A DNA stretch of 64,000 nucleotides, from positions 1-64,000 of the forward strand of contig CAUYUJ010000128.1 of NCBI GenBank assembly GCA_963575745.1, read 5' to 3'. Both the position numbers and the translations under genes were made by a program. Numbering within the stretch: the first letter of the stretch is position 1; every line of letters begins with the position of its first letter. The notes beneath the pieces were generated by a model. It did no database searches and was not told where the DNA came from. It saw only the letters and a list, made by a program, of their open reading frames with translations. Source of the stretch: Prorocentrum cordatum. Its lineage: Eukaryota. Shown piece by piece: positions 20,432 through 31,625 of this stretch.

Positions 20432-23126
20432 TCACCGAATGCGCTGCCTCTTGGCGCTGTCCTTCACTGCGTTCAACGAGGGGTACTTCGGCGCGCTGCT
20501 GGGGCGGAAGAAAGCCAAGCGCGCCCCCTCTGCGATCACCCTAGACGTCTTGAGCACCAAGATGTCGTACTGGCCACTGTGCCAATGGTCCCCTGGAATG
20601 TTGACCGTTCTGACCTCGAGCTCACAATTCGCTGCCGAAGGGTCTGTGGTAGACTCGACGTACCAGAACGGTGCGATGAATTGAGATGCCAAGTTCTCGG
20701 CGCTAGTGCCTTTCTTGAAGATGGGATTCGCGACGAACTTGAGATCGATTGCCACGTCGTCGGCAACGGCGCAGAGATCGACCGAGTTCTTCGGCTGCTT
20801 GTCCTTGCGCCTCAGCCAGACTACCTGGGGAGTGACAGGAACCAGCGTGATCGAACCCTTGTCCAAGCGGGCCTTGGCAATCACGGCGCGCATCGGCGGC
20901 GGGTCCACGACAACAGAAATTTTGGACGTCAAACTCGCACAATGCTTCGAATGCAAATCCATGAGTACCAACTTCAGCTGGGAGACGACGCAATCGCCGA
21001 CCCAGTCGGCTGCCATCAGAAGGTGGCTGTCCCATGTCGTCCGGACGTCCTCGGGTGAGGGGGGGAGGGGGAGGGTGCTCCTCCTCCTCCCCTGCCTCTC
21101 CTCCTCCTCCGCCGCCTCCTCCTCCTCCTCCTCCTCCCCCTCCTCCTCCGCCACCTCCACCCCCTCCCTCCTCCTCCTCCTCCGCCTCCTCGTCCTTGTC
21201 CTCGTCCTTCTCCCTCTCCCTCCCTCCCTCCCCCCCCCTCCGCCTTCTCCTCGTCTTCCTCCTTCTCCTCGTCCTGCTCCTCCTCCTGTTCCGTTCCTCC
21301 TCCGTCCCAAGGTGGCGCGGTGGGTTTTTCAAGCGGCAGGCCGTCTTTGGCCTCTGGGCCGACAGAGCGGCCCTCGGAAGGCCCGAGGGATCCACGACCC
21401 TTTGAATTCAAAACAAATGCCACGCCCACCCCCGCTGTCCGACTCGTCGCAGCCAGCCTTGACCTTGTTGAACTTAGTGTGGAAGTCCGCCGTCGCCACC
21501 TCGAGCTCGTAGTTCTCCTCGTACTCCCTCGCAGCGCCAACGCCTCGGAGGGCCACAGACGCGAGCGAGACGCTGGTCACCTGGTAGACGAGTTCAGTCT
21601 CGATGCACGTGCACCGGGACCCGACCTCGCACCCGATGCGCAACAACGCTTCGACCACCTCCATCTCGCCGCAGCTTCTCGAGCTAAGCTCTGCGATGAG
21701 CCCGCCCGACGGCGACGATGAACTCGCAGCCGCCTGGGCGGGAGGCGCGGCCGACGCCCACTCCTGCGGGCACTGCATGCCATCCCGCGCGTCGTCCCTC
21801 ACCAGGCTGAGCAAGTCCTGGCAGAACGCGTCGCAGATGGCGGCCTGCGAGCTGAACTCTTTGCTCTTGTCCATCACCAGCATGACCAGCCTGATGTCCA
21901 TGAGAGAGTGGACTGTCTTCAGCCTCAACTGGTCGGTAATCCTGGCGAGAACGGTATCCGACAACTCCCTGGCCTTGATCATCTGCTGGTTCGCTTGCTG
22001 CACAAGCTGGATGATCTTCGGCGACTGCATGCTGGAAATGGAAGCGCTGTCGAAAAGCTTACTCTCGCTGTTGAAAGCGTGCTTGTCGGAGCACGAGACC
22101 ATTGCCTTCAAGACTGCACACCTCCACCATGCGCCCGTGGCTGGGCCAAGGTTCACATCTGCGAGCTTGCTGAAGAGAGCCGCTGAAATCTCCCTCACCA
22201 CAGGGGCTCCCCGAACGAAAAACTCGAAGTCGCCGATGATGAACGGATCCCGCAGGCCGCCGCTCCAGCTGCGAATGAATTTGACATAGTGCGTGATGTC
22301 TTCCTTCCTGTCTAGCTCAGACCGCATGGCCCTCTCCTCGACGGCGTGCCAAAACTCATCACTGTTGACCTTGGAGGCCAGCTCATCAATGTCACTCCAA
22401 TCGCTGCTGAGGGACACGGCCGCGTTGTGGCACTTGTTGAGCAGAGCTGAGCAGTTGTCGCGCTTGCTGATAGCATTGGGCACGTTGTCGGCTTCGATGA
22501 TGAGCCTCACGAGGTCGGGGAATGCATCCTCTACGCGCCAGTCGATGACCAAGAAATCAACACCCTCGGAAAAGATACGAGCTGCGAAGGGATCGCTCTC
22601 AGAAATGGCTGATTGAGACAACTTCCCATCGCGAGAGATGAGCGGAGCACTGGACGGACAGCCTGCCTTGGCAGCGCGAAAGCCCTGGCACGTATGATTA
22701 CAAGCAAGGGCGAACACCTCCAGCGAGCCTGGCTGCACAGGAGCAAGCAAGTTGTTCTGCGCTGCAACCTCGACATTTTTGAGCTCATATGCAGTGCCTT
22801 TGCGGTTCGGTGACTTCGACACAGCAACAGCCCTGGCCATCTCGCTGAGGGACACACCGCAACGCGCGAGATTTTCCAGCTTCCTGTGGGCCTCCTGGGG
22901 GTCGCACCCAGTGTTGCTCCTGTTCCAAGGATGGAAACCAATCGAATCGAGAGGGCATTTTTTTCTTCCGAGCCAATCCGTACGACTGAAGTTTCATATA
23001 CAGCTGGTCCCTCAGGCCAACAACACCTGCATTCACTTGTTTGGATTTCGCCCTCTGCATTTCCAAGTCGGGCCTGGCGGCCTGCCGTTGCTCCTCGGCG
23101 CCAGACAATGCATACCGAGGGCCCAT
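20432..23126 (-). pseudogene. ParB/Srx-like N-terminal + SET-like C-terminal fusion protein (~760 aa reconstructed), with one +1 frameshift and one putative 408-bp intron
   Basis: Removing one A from the A7 run (22958-22964) gives LQSYGLARKKKCPLDSIGFHPWNRSNTGCDPQEAHRKLENLARCGVS...LACNHTCQGFRAA. Track ORFs 21329..22855 and 20432..21310 share a frame and join through AAG|GC(21457)...AG|GAC(21050). The C-terminus has VIAKARLDKGSITL...FIAPFWYVESTTDPSAANCEL...VLKTSRVIAEGARL. The gene may be intact if the indel is a sequencing error. Confidence 0.6.
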
Positions 23127-24000
23127 CTCACAAGAAACGACCATGGTGAAAAGAGGCCAAGTGTAGCAGAGAAACTTACACATGGCCTGAAACGCCCAAA
23201 CGGCTATGGGAACGGAGGAGGATTGAAGGAGAGGGGTGGGATGATAGAAGCAGGAGACATGCGTTATGATAGAGCACACACGAACTGCAAAATATCGAAC
23301 GGAATACAAGACATCGCATCATTACAAACGTGAATGTTGCAGCAAACGGCCCAAGCACCAGTCGTGCATTTGCGGCCCAAGATTCCTCCTCAACGGCTCC
23401 AGACACGATCTTGTATGCGCACAAGCAATACGCATTGACAAATGATGGTGTCCTCCTCCTCCTCCTCCTCCTCCTCCTCCTCCTCTCCTCCTCCTCCTCC
23501 TCCTCTTCCTCCTCCTCCTCGAATAACGAGAGCGTGTTTTTTTTGTACGGGGGCAAATGTACCTATCACCTGAGGGGTCGTAGTGTGATCTGGAATACCT
23601 TGCATGCTTTTTGGAAAACAAATACAAAGGGTTTCCCTGGCAGAAGTATAGAAATCCTGGATGCGAACTTGCTTTGTATAACCCACCCAACCTGTTTACG
23701 CAGGTTTGTCGAACTACGTTTGCAACCACAAGATCATGCTACGTTACCCCTACACTAACAAAGCAATATCGTCGATCAGGTTCGCATGTGGTTTGGTTGG
23801 TTGCATTGGTTATGAACTCAGGATGCGCTGCTTATGACCTACTCATAACTACTTGGTTCCTACTTCTAACCCCAAGAACCTCGGGCGGAACCTCGTCGGG
23901 CCACTCGGAAGGGGCTTCCTTTCGACTCCACGACAACGTTGCTCAATTTCGCTGTGGCTGGCGCGCTCGACGACTACAACGACCACGACGACGACGACGA

Positions 24001-24054
<54 letters not shown>

Positions 24055-24710
24055 CGAGTCAAACGGAACAGCCTCTTCCACACGCCGACAGGGTCGGCGG
24101 ATTTTGGTGTATTTTTTCTGCTAGTTTTCAACTGTTTGCCCAAAGTCCGCTTTTATACCGTGGACATGCTCGACGTAAGGTTAAGGAGATGCGGGAGCTG
24201 CTCCCTGGAGCGGATGCAACGGGAAGCTCAAGAGAAGGTCCGGACAGGTCAGGTATAAGGTCCAGACCCGGGCGCCAGAGACGGAGGCACAGCACACGGG
24301 GGTGTATATGGGGAACGCCGATCTCCACGTTTGGCTATGCCCCCGTTTCGGGGGCTCTGGGCGCCGTAGACTGGGGTACAGTCCCTGAGATGCGATGCCG
24401 TGATTTTTTCAATGCGGGGCCCCCAGAAGTCTCGATCGACCCATTCATTCCCCAGGACCAGTTTGTCATCCTGAGTCGTTTTTTGACGGTCCCGATGCCT
24501 AGCGATGGCCCCTAGAGACCGAACATTGAGGAAAACGTCCGTCTTGATTCGTTCAATACGTTGGATCTCTGGGGTAAATGGGAGTATTACAGTATATAGA
24601 AAAAGCCTCTGCCTCCGTTTAGCTAAACCCCCGCTTGCGAAGCCCAAACTGGACCTCTTCCACGGTCCTGAGCAGGTGATGGCCCTGCCGCCCAGCGAAG
24701 GCCCCCAGAG

Positions 24711-24871
24711 TTAAGTCGGCTTGTCCCTCTACAGGAGGGATATTCTATAAGATAGCCAAGAAGTATTATAGGCACAATGTTTAAGGACTGTTTTGGCTAC
24801 TTTGGGGTATTTTCTTGGCAATTATCATTTTTCGTCCAAAATCCGCCTGTAGGGGGACACGCCCGACCTAA
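24711..24871. mobile_element. ~160-bp MITE family A, Tourist/PIF-like; other copies at 28991-29144, 39041-39200, 45717-45880, 47820-47977, 48526-48686, ~55530-55682 and 55926-56051
   Basis: TIRs are AGTCGGGC.TGTCCCTCTACAGG and CCTGTAGGGGGACA.GCCCGACC around an AT-rich core, usually flanked by TTA and TAA. Confidence 0.85.
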
Positions 24872-25104
24872 CCCCAGAGTCAGAACAACTGTAACACATG
24901 TCCGTCGTCATTTCAATTCTCTGGCTGCGCGTTCAGGGGGGTAGGGGGAGGGGGGAAGGCTTCTTAGAAGGAGGCCGCTTCTTAGGAGGCGCCGGCCTTG
25001 ATTTCATGAGACAAGGCTCGCGCCTTCTACGAAGCAGGGTGTTTCTGAGAAGCCTTCCCCCTTCCCCCTACCCCCTTGGACGCCTCCGCCATATTCTGTC
25101 GACG

Positions 25105-25282
25105 CGAGGATGTGAGGGTCGGACAGGCCTAGGACGAGGATACATCCGTTCCAGAGCGCACGGGAACGCTCTCAGAGCGTTCCAGAACGCTTTCGAGGAT
25201 GTGAGGGTCGGACAGGCCTAGGACGAGGATACATCCGTTCCAGAGCGCACGGGAACGCTCTCAGAGCGTTCCAGAACGCTTT
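25105..25282. repeat. Near-perfect 89-bp tandem duplication containing a 10-bp-stem palindrome
   Basis: CGAGGATGTGAGGGTC... starts at 25105 and 25194; each copy contains GGAACGCTCT-C-AGAGCGTTCC. Confidence 0.9.
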
Positions 25283-28200
25283 GAGAAGGCCGCGGCGCCC
25301 GAGACGTGAGATTCTCGATTTATCCTCGCCCGATTGTATCATCGTCCTGTTTTCGTCTGTCTTGCATCTCCCTCCTCCCTCCTTCCTGGCCCCCCCCCTC
25401 GCACCCGCCGAACGGAGGCTGGTGAAGGTCCAACGCAGAATACTAAGCCGGCCCTCCGGCGACGACGTCGGCCAGGCCAGCGCCGAGGACCGCGCGGGCG
25501 CGCGACGGGGTCTCCCGGCGGCCCCCAAGAGGTCTCCGGGGATCTCTCCTCCTATAGATGGGGTCGGGGTGGACTTCGGAGGCCCCCAAACGGGGTGGTG
25601 ACCACACCGTGTGGTGAGTCGGTGGGGATTCGGGGTCACCGCGCAGTTTGGGGCTCGGGGCGTTCTCCGAGGGTGTCTCGGGCGACGGGAGCCTCCAGGG
25701 TCCCAAAACTGTGCGTCGACGGAGCGTGCGGTGAGGTCTTGGAGGATTTCGACGTCACCGCACGGGCTGTCATCGCACCGTGTTGGGACTTCAAAGTAGA
25801 CGGGGTCGGGGGATCGCGCCGCATCGCCGATGCATTGCCGATGAGGCTCCATGTGCAGCCCGATTTGCTTCACGTCGACGTCGCCGATGCATCGCCGACG
25901 TCGACGGTGCATCGCCGGCGCATCGCGGATGCATCGCCGATGCATCGCCGAGGCATCGCCCATGTATGGGCGAGACGGCGAATTCTGTCCCCACCCCTTC
26001 CGACCTCATCTAGGAGGTCTCTACACGAAGGAATGGTGAGGGAACAAAAACACGCAGATACAAGCCATCGTGGATCCCCAGCAAAACATGGGAACCTCAG
26101 GGAAGTGGAGGGAAGACGAGCATCGAGAAAATGTGGACTCATGTCGGGCATCCCGGGATCTGTGTCCAGCTCTTTTTGTGTCCTTGCGCCCCTGTAGTGG
26201 AGGAAGGAGGTCCTGAGAGAAAGGAGTTCTGGGTTGTTTCGCCGCTCGTGTGGCCTCCAGAGGCTGCCGCGGGATGCCACACATCAGAATTGCGTTCCCC
26301 AGTGGTCTCCCGGGAGGCTTCCCGACGTCGAAGAGGGCACATCAGCATATGAGTAGGGGATCGACGACAGACGTGGTCTACCCCATGATTCGATCCCTCC
26401 TCGAATCTGCACCACGATGCGCGGAATGATCTACGAGCGTTCGATGTCTTCGTCGTAGATCAGACGAGGAAAATCAAGTCCGGGGTGGACCAACTCGGTG
26501 GTCGATCCCCTGGCTCTGGACGCCCGAGATGGGCACGGAAAGAATGGGTACGATGCCCAACAGCAGTTCTCGTTCATTCTGAACAGGATTCGCTGTCCAC
26601 GCCGCCGCGGCCTGTGTCCATTCGAGACAGAAGGCCGCCTGCCCAACAGCGGCCGCTGTTGGTTTGGGACAACATTTGTTGTTGGGCATTGTACCCATTC
26701 TTTCGGTACCCATGTCGGGTGTCCAAACTGGCCGAGACGGGCAGCCACACTCCTCCGGGGTCCGCGCGGGCTGCTGGGATCTCTGCGCGGGCCCCCCCCC
26801 GGCGGCGCCTCCAGGGCGCCGCCCTGGAGGCGCGGCTCCGCGAGCCGTGGAGGGGGGGTCCCGCGCCGATCCTTATGGTGCCCCAACCGACTTTACTCCA
26901 GATTTCGTGATAAAAGGGAGGGGGTCTCAACCCTCCCAGACGAGAAGTTTTAGACCCCCCCCGTGGGAGAACCCTCCAAAACATCGTCCCCAGACCCCCC
27001 CAGGCCCTCCAAGATAGCCTGGAAGAGACCCCCCCCCCCGAAATGAGACCCCCCTCCCTGTATAATCTGGAGTAGCCTGGACCAGCAGGAAGGATTTCGA
27101 GCGCCCAAAAAAGTACCCAAAGTCGAGGGTTTTCGCGCGTCGGGCCTTGGGAGACGCTCGTCCGACACTGTTTCGATATTGTTTTCCAACTTATTGTAGC
27201 CTGGACCACCAGGAAGGATTTCGAGCGCCCAAAAAAGTACCCAAATTCGATGGTTTTCACGCGTCGGGCCCTGGGAGGCGCTCGTCCGACACTGTTTCGA
27301 CACTGTTTCCACACTCTTTCGACACTTTTCCGGGTGCTCGAAATTATTTCTGGGGTGTGGTCCTTAAGTTGGACGGGGGCAACCTGAGCCGATCCGAGAC
27401 ATCTGCTTGGACCTCCCGAAGGTGAGCTCGGTGCGGCTCGCTCACCTTCGAGCTCCTCCTTCGGGACCTCCCTTCTCCCAGACCGCCTCGTCCTCCCTCT
27501 CCTCTCCAAACTCCATTTATATTTGTAGACTTGCTCGCTGTGAGTACTTCGTTCCTCTCCCTCCGGGTATTGTTCTCATGTGTCTAGGATCCAGTTTTGG
27601 TGGAGCCGTGATATGGATGTTTAGCTTGTTTGATGTGTGCCTCTTCTTGGTCGGAAGAACAGGTCAGGGGATCTTCTGTTGGGTTCCCGATGTCGTCCCC
27701 GTTCCCTGTTGCTGGGTGAATGCTACGTGCTGCAAAGTACGCGGTACGATCAATGTGGTCTGACATGTACAGGTTCAGCTACGGGGTGCTATCTTAAGGC
27801 GACGCCTGCACCTTGACAAGCTTGGATGATACATCGAGAGTCTATGAGATCTGGCGGCTCTTGAAAATCATTCGGGCATTCTGGCATCCTCAGAACGGTC
27901 CGGAAAATCCTTGAACGGATTTCTTATGGTCCTAGCCACGCCCAGTATTTGTGTGGTGTAAGACCTGTGACAGGTGATGTAAGCTATGTGGTGTAAGCTG
28001 TGTGGTGTTAGGTACGTGCTTGTATTTATTTTGTGAAGCATATGTGTCGCAAGTTACGATGTCCGAAGGATACGTGGCGCAAGCTATGCGGTGCATCCCA
28101 TTCAGTTGAGGCCATGTGGCGCCGACACTGGCGTGCGTGACGGAGTTCTGTTTTCCGCACGCTGGCCCGGGCAATAATTGCCACGGGTAGTTCACTCACC

Positions 28201-31200
28201 ACGCTGGTTCGCAACTCAGATTTATGGCGGCCGAGTCGTGTGGATGAGATCAGTGGTCGCGCCCTTTCTCCTCAAGCCGTGTGGTGAAGACTTTGCTGTG
28301 CACGCTGAGCGCTGCCATCATGCGGCCGCCACCAGGCGTCCGCCAATCGGCCGCCCAGGCTGTGACTGCATCGACCCAGCGCAGGAGGCGCCCACGAGCT
28401 GCCCGTCCACGGGCGAGGGCGGGCAGGCCACGGTGCGAAGCTTTGGCACGCCCAACCCCCGCGCGCGAGGCGCCCACTGGCGGGCACCCGCCGGAGCCTC
28501 GGCGCACCCACCAGATGCACGGAGCGCCCACGGGCAGCAACCGACCGTCCGGGCACCAGGCGAAGCCTGGGCACCACGCATCCGGCTGGTGCAGGACCAG
28601 GTAGCGCGAGTCTCTGCAGGCAGCCGCTGTCGTTCGGCCTGGAAGCCGCAGCGCCTGCAGCCCTCGTGCCAGGGAGGGGGCAGAGGGCACAGAGCTGGAA
28701 GGGAGGGAGGGAGGAGGAGGAGGAGGAGGAGGAGGAGGAGGAGGAGGAGCAAGGGGAAGGAGGAGGAGGAGGAGGAGGAGGACGACGACCAGGGGAATCG
28801 GAGGGGCAGCGCCCTGTGCCAGCACGCCCGGTCCATCGGCTGGACTCCGCTCTCGAAGTGGGCCACAGGGACCCGCCCAGGGTCCAAGCGCGCAGCTCTT
28901 TGTTGCGGAGCCGCGCCCCGCCCTGGCGACGAGGAGGGCCACCCCCCGAAGGCCAAGTGGCCTCGCTCCCGCTCCCTCCTCCGACCTGCAAGTCGGGCAC
29001 GTCCCTCTACAGGAGGAATATTCAAACACAGCAAGCATATAGTCAGGGGACTTTTTTTGGGCCATTTTCAATAATATGGTTGGATATTATTTGACTATCT
29101 TTTTTCCTCCACAATCCGCCTGTAGGGGGACATGTCCGACCTAATCCTACCTCTCCTCCTGCTTCACCCCCTCCTCCCCATCACCCCCGGACCTGTTTTG
29201 CCTCGCTGCGCGCGCCACAGGCATGCCAGGTCACTGGGTAACCTCAGCCCTGCGGATTTCCATGGAACAAGTTTTGGGCCGCGCTTCGAGAGGCAAGCTG
29301 CGGGGTTGACAAGTCCACGCCACACGTCGATCTTAAACAATGAGGTGCGATGAGTAGGACAAGGGCATGTTGAGACAACGGTAGTCGGTCTTTGAGGGGC
29401 CTCCTCGTCGCCACGGCTGGACGCAGCTCGGAAGACTTGTTCGTTTCGACACCGAGAGGGGCCCGCGGACTGATCTTGCGATCCCGCGATTCCAGTGCGA
29501 ACCCGCGATGGCTCCAGTTTGATCTCAAGAGGCAACGGACGGCGACGAAAGGGACACCCCGATCCAACCTGAGGGCGGAGTCAGTCAAGCCCCAAAGAAT
29601 GGTGTTCCGCTGCAGCGTGGGCCTCATGTCTGGATCGGCCACTTATTCCAGTCGTTCAAGATGGCGCTCTCGCCCCCGGCGTGGGCCACTGTTCTGGATC
29701 CGAGTCCTTTGTCGTCGTCGTTGCCCCCTCATTTCCCTCCGCTCTTCTATGGTCATCCTCACCCTCCCGCCCATTCTACTCTAGCTCCTGCTCATGCTGT
29801 TCGTCCTCCTCTTTCCTCATCCCCGTCTTCCTCCTGCCCATCCTCCTGCTCATCACATCCGCCACCTCGTCCAATGTACGCAGCTCCCTCTTTTTCCCCC
29901 CTTGCACTTGACAAGACTGGGTCCTCTTCGGACTTCCACGTCCGCTGTCACACGCGTCAGCGGATAGAGAGAAAAACATCGCAATGGGAGGTGACGCGTG
30001 GGAAGGGCGCCCCCTACGAGAGGGGGTGGGAGGGAACCGATCGGATGGGGAGAGAGGAGGAGGTAGGTTGGCCTGTATGCGGGCAGGACTTGTTCCCATG
30101 TCCTCTGCAGCTGTGAGTTCCAGGCTCCCTTCCCCAGAAACCCGCGGCGCACCGGATGTGGATAAACATCTGGCCTTTAGAGGCCTGGTGCTGTATTCAC
30201 ATCCAGTGCCCCTCGGCCTTGCAGCGCCCTTCTACAAGGAAGTCCAAGACGCACGGGATTCGAGTAAACATTTGCCCGCACTGTGGACCTGTCAGACTCG
30301 TGCCCCTCCTCGTCCTCGTGCCCTTCGATGCACTCTCTCTAACTCTCTCTCTTCTCTATGTTTTTTCGGGGGGGGGTCTGGGCCCTGGCCCTTGGTATAG
30401 GCGCGGCCCCGTCCGGAACCCCCCCAGCGCCCGGGGCGCCCACCACTCCGCACGACAAGGACCCCGCGCCCCGTGGCACCAGCTGTCGCGCGACGACCCA
30501 CGATCCCCCCCAGCCCTCCCCCATGCCTCCCCGAGCCTCCCCGACCGATCCTCCACGATGCTCCTCGGCTCTCCCCGCTTCTTCTTCCTGACCCTCTCCA
30601 GTCTAATCTTCCCTGGTCCCCGATCCACCCACGTCTTCCCCGCCCCTCCCCAATCCTCCCAGTCATCCCGGTTCCCCCCAACCCTTCTCGCCGATCCCGG
30701 ATCCGCCTCCCCTTCCTCTCCGACCCTCCCTTACATCCTCGTTTGTCGCTGCCCCTCGGCTGTCCGGTGGGGTCTACTTCGCTCAGGATGCCCCGAGCGA
30801 AGTGAACCCCACCTCTCCTCTTTAGACATCGTGGGGTGGTGGGGGTAGGGTTTGCATGTGGCCTCCTACTGCTAATTGTGGGACGCGAGCACGTCTGGGC
30901 CTGAGAGACCTTCTTAGCTGCCCCCGCCACCACGCGGCGCTCCAATAGCGCTCGGTCTCGAGCCAGAGGGGGAGAGCTGGCGCTGGCTCGCCCCTCCCTG
31001 GCCACGATCCTCCCCGGGCTCAGTTCGAGCAGGCCTGGGGGACGCCCCAGGCACTATGCCCTTGCTAAGTGCAAGGGGCCCGCCCGCATATCTCTTTCAC
31101 AGAGGCCCGAACTTATCTTGCCCGTCTGGCCCACAGCAGGGACCCGCCTCCGATGCGCTTATCCTCACCCTTCTCGGACCGTCCCCCCTCTCCTCCTCAG

Positions 31201-31625
31201 GAGCGCACGGGCTCGAGCCAGAGGCCTGGCATCGTTCGGACGTGTGCCTCTCTCCCGACACCCTGAGAAAAGAGCACGCACGAAACCAAGCAAGGCACGG
31301 GGAGGCGCTGGCCAGGATGGGCAAGGCCCGCATCCCGGCTTGCTGAAGTGCAGGAAGGTTGGTGCGTGCAGGAAGGAGTGCAGGCGAGTGTGATAGGGGA
31401 AGGCAGGCGAGCAAAATTGGAGGACAGCGACACCAGAGAGAGGAGTGTGGAGGCACCGAGAAGGAGGAGGAGGAGGAGGAGGAGGAGGAGGAGGAGGAGG
31501 AGGATGAGGAGGAGGAGGAGGCAGAAGAGCGATGTCCGAGCGATGGCAGGGAGGGGGCTGGCGGCGACGCCGCACCTGCCGGGCGCTCCCCACTCGCGCC
31601 GGGGGGCGCGGCCACGCGGGGCCGA

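Noticed and set aside
26350..26520. Coding-looking stretch (DARNDLRAFDVFVVDQTRKIKSG on +, ELVHPGLDFPRLIYDEDIERS on -)
   Set aside because: Short, strand ambiguous, and not linkable to any exon chain.
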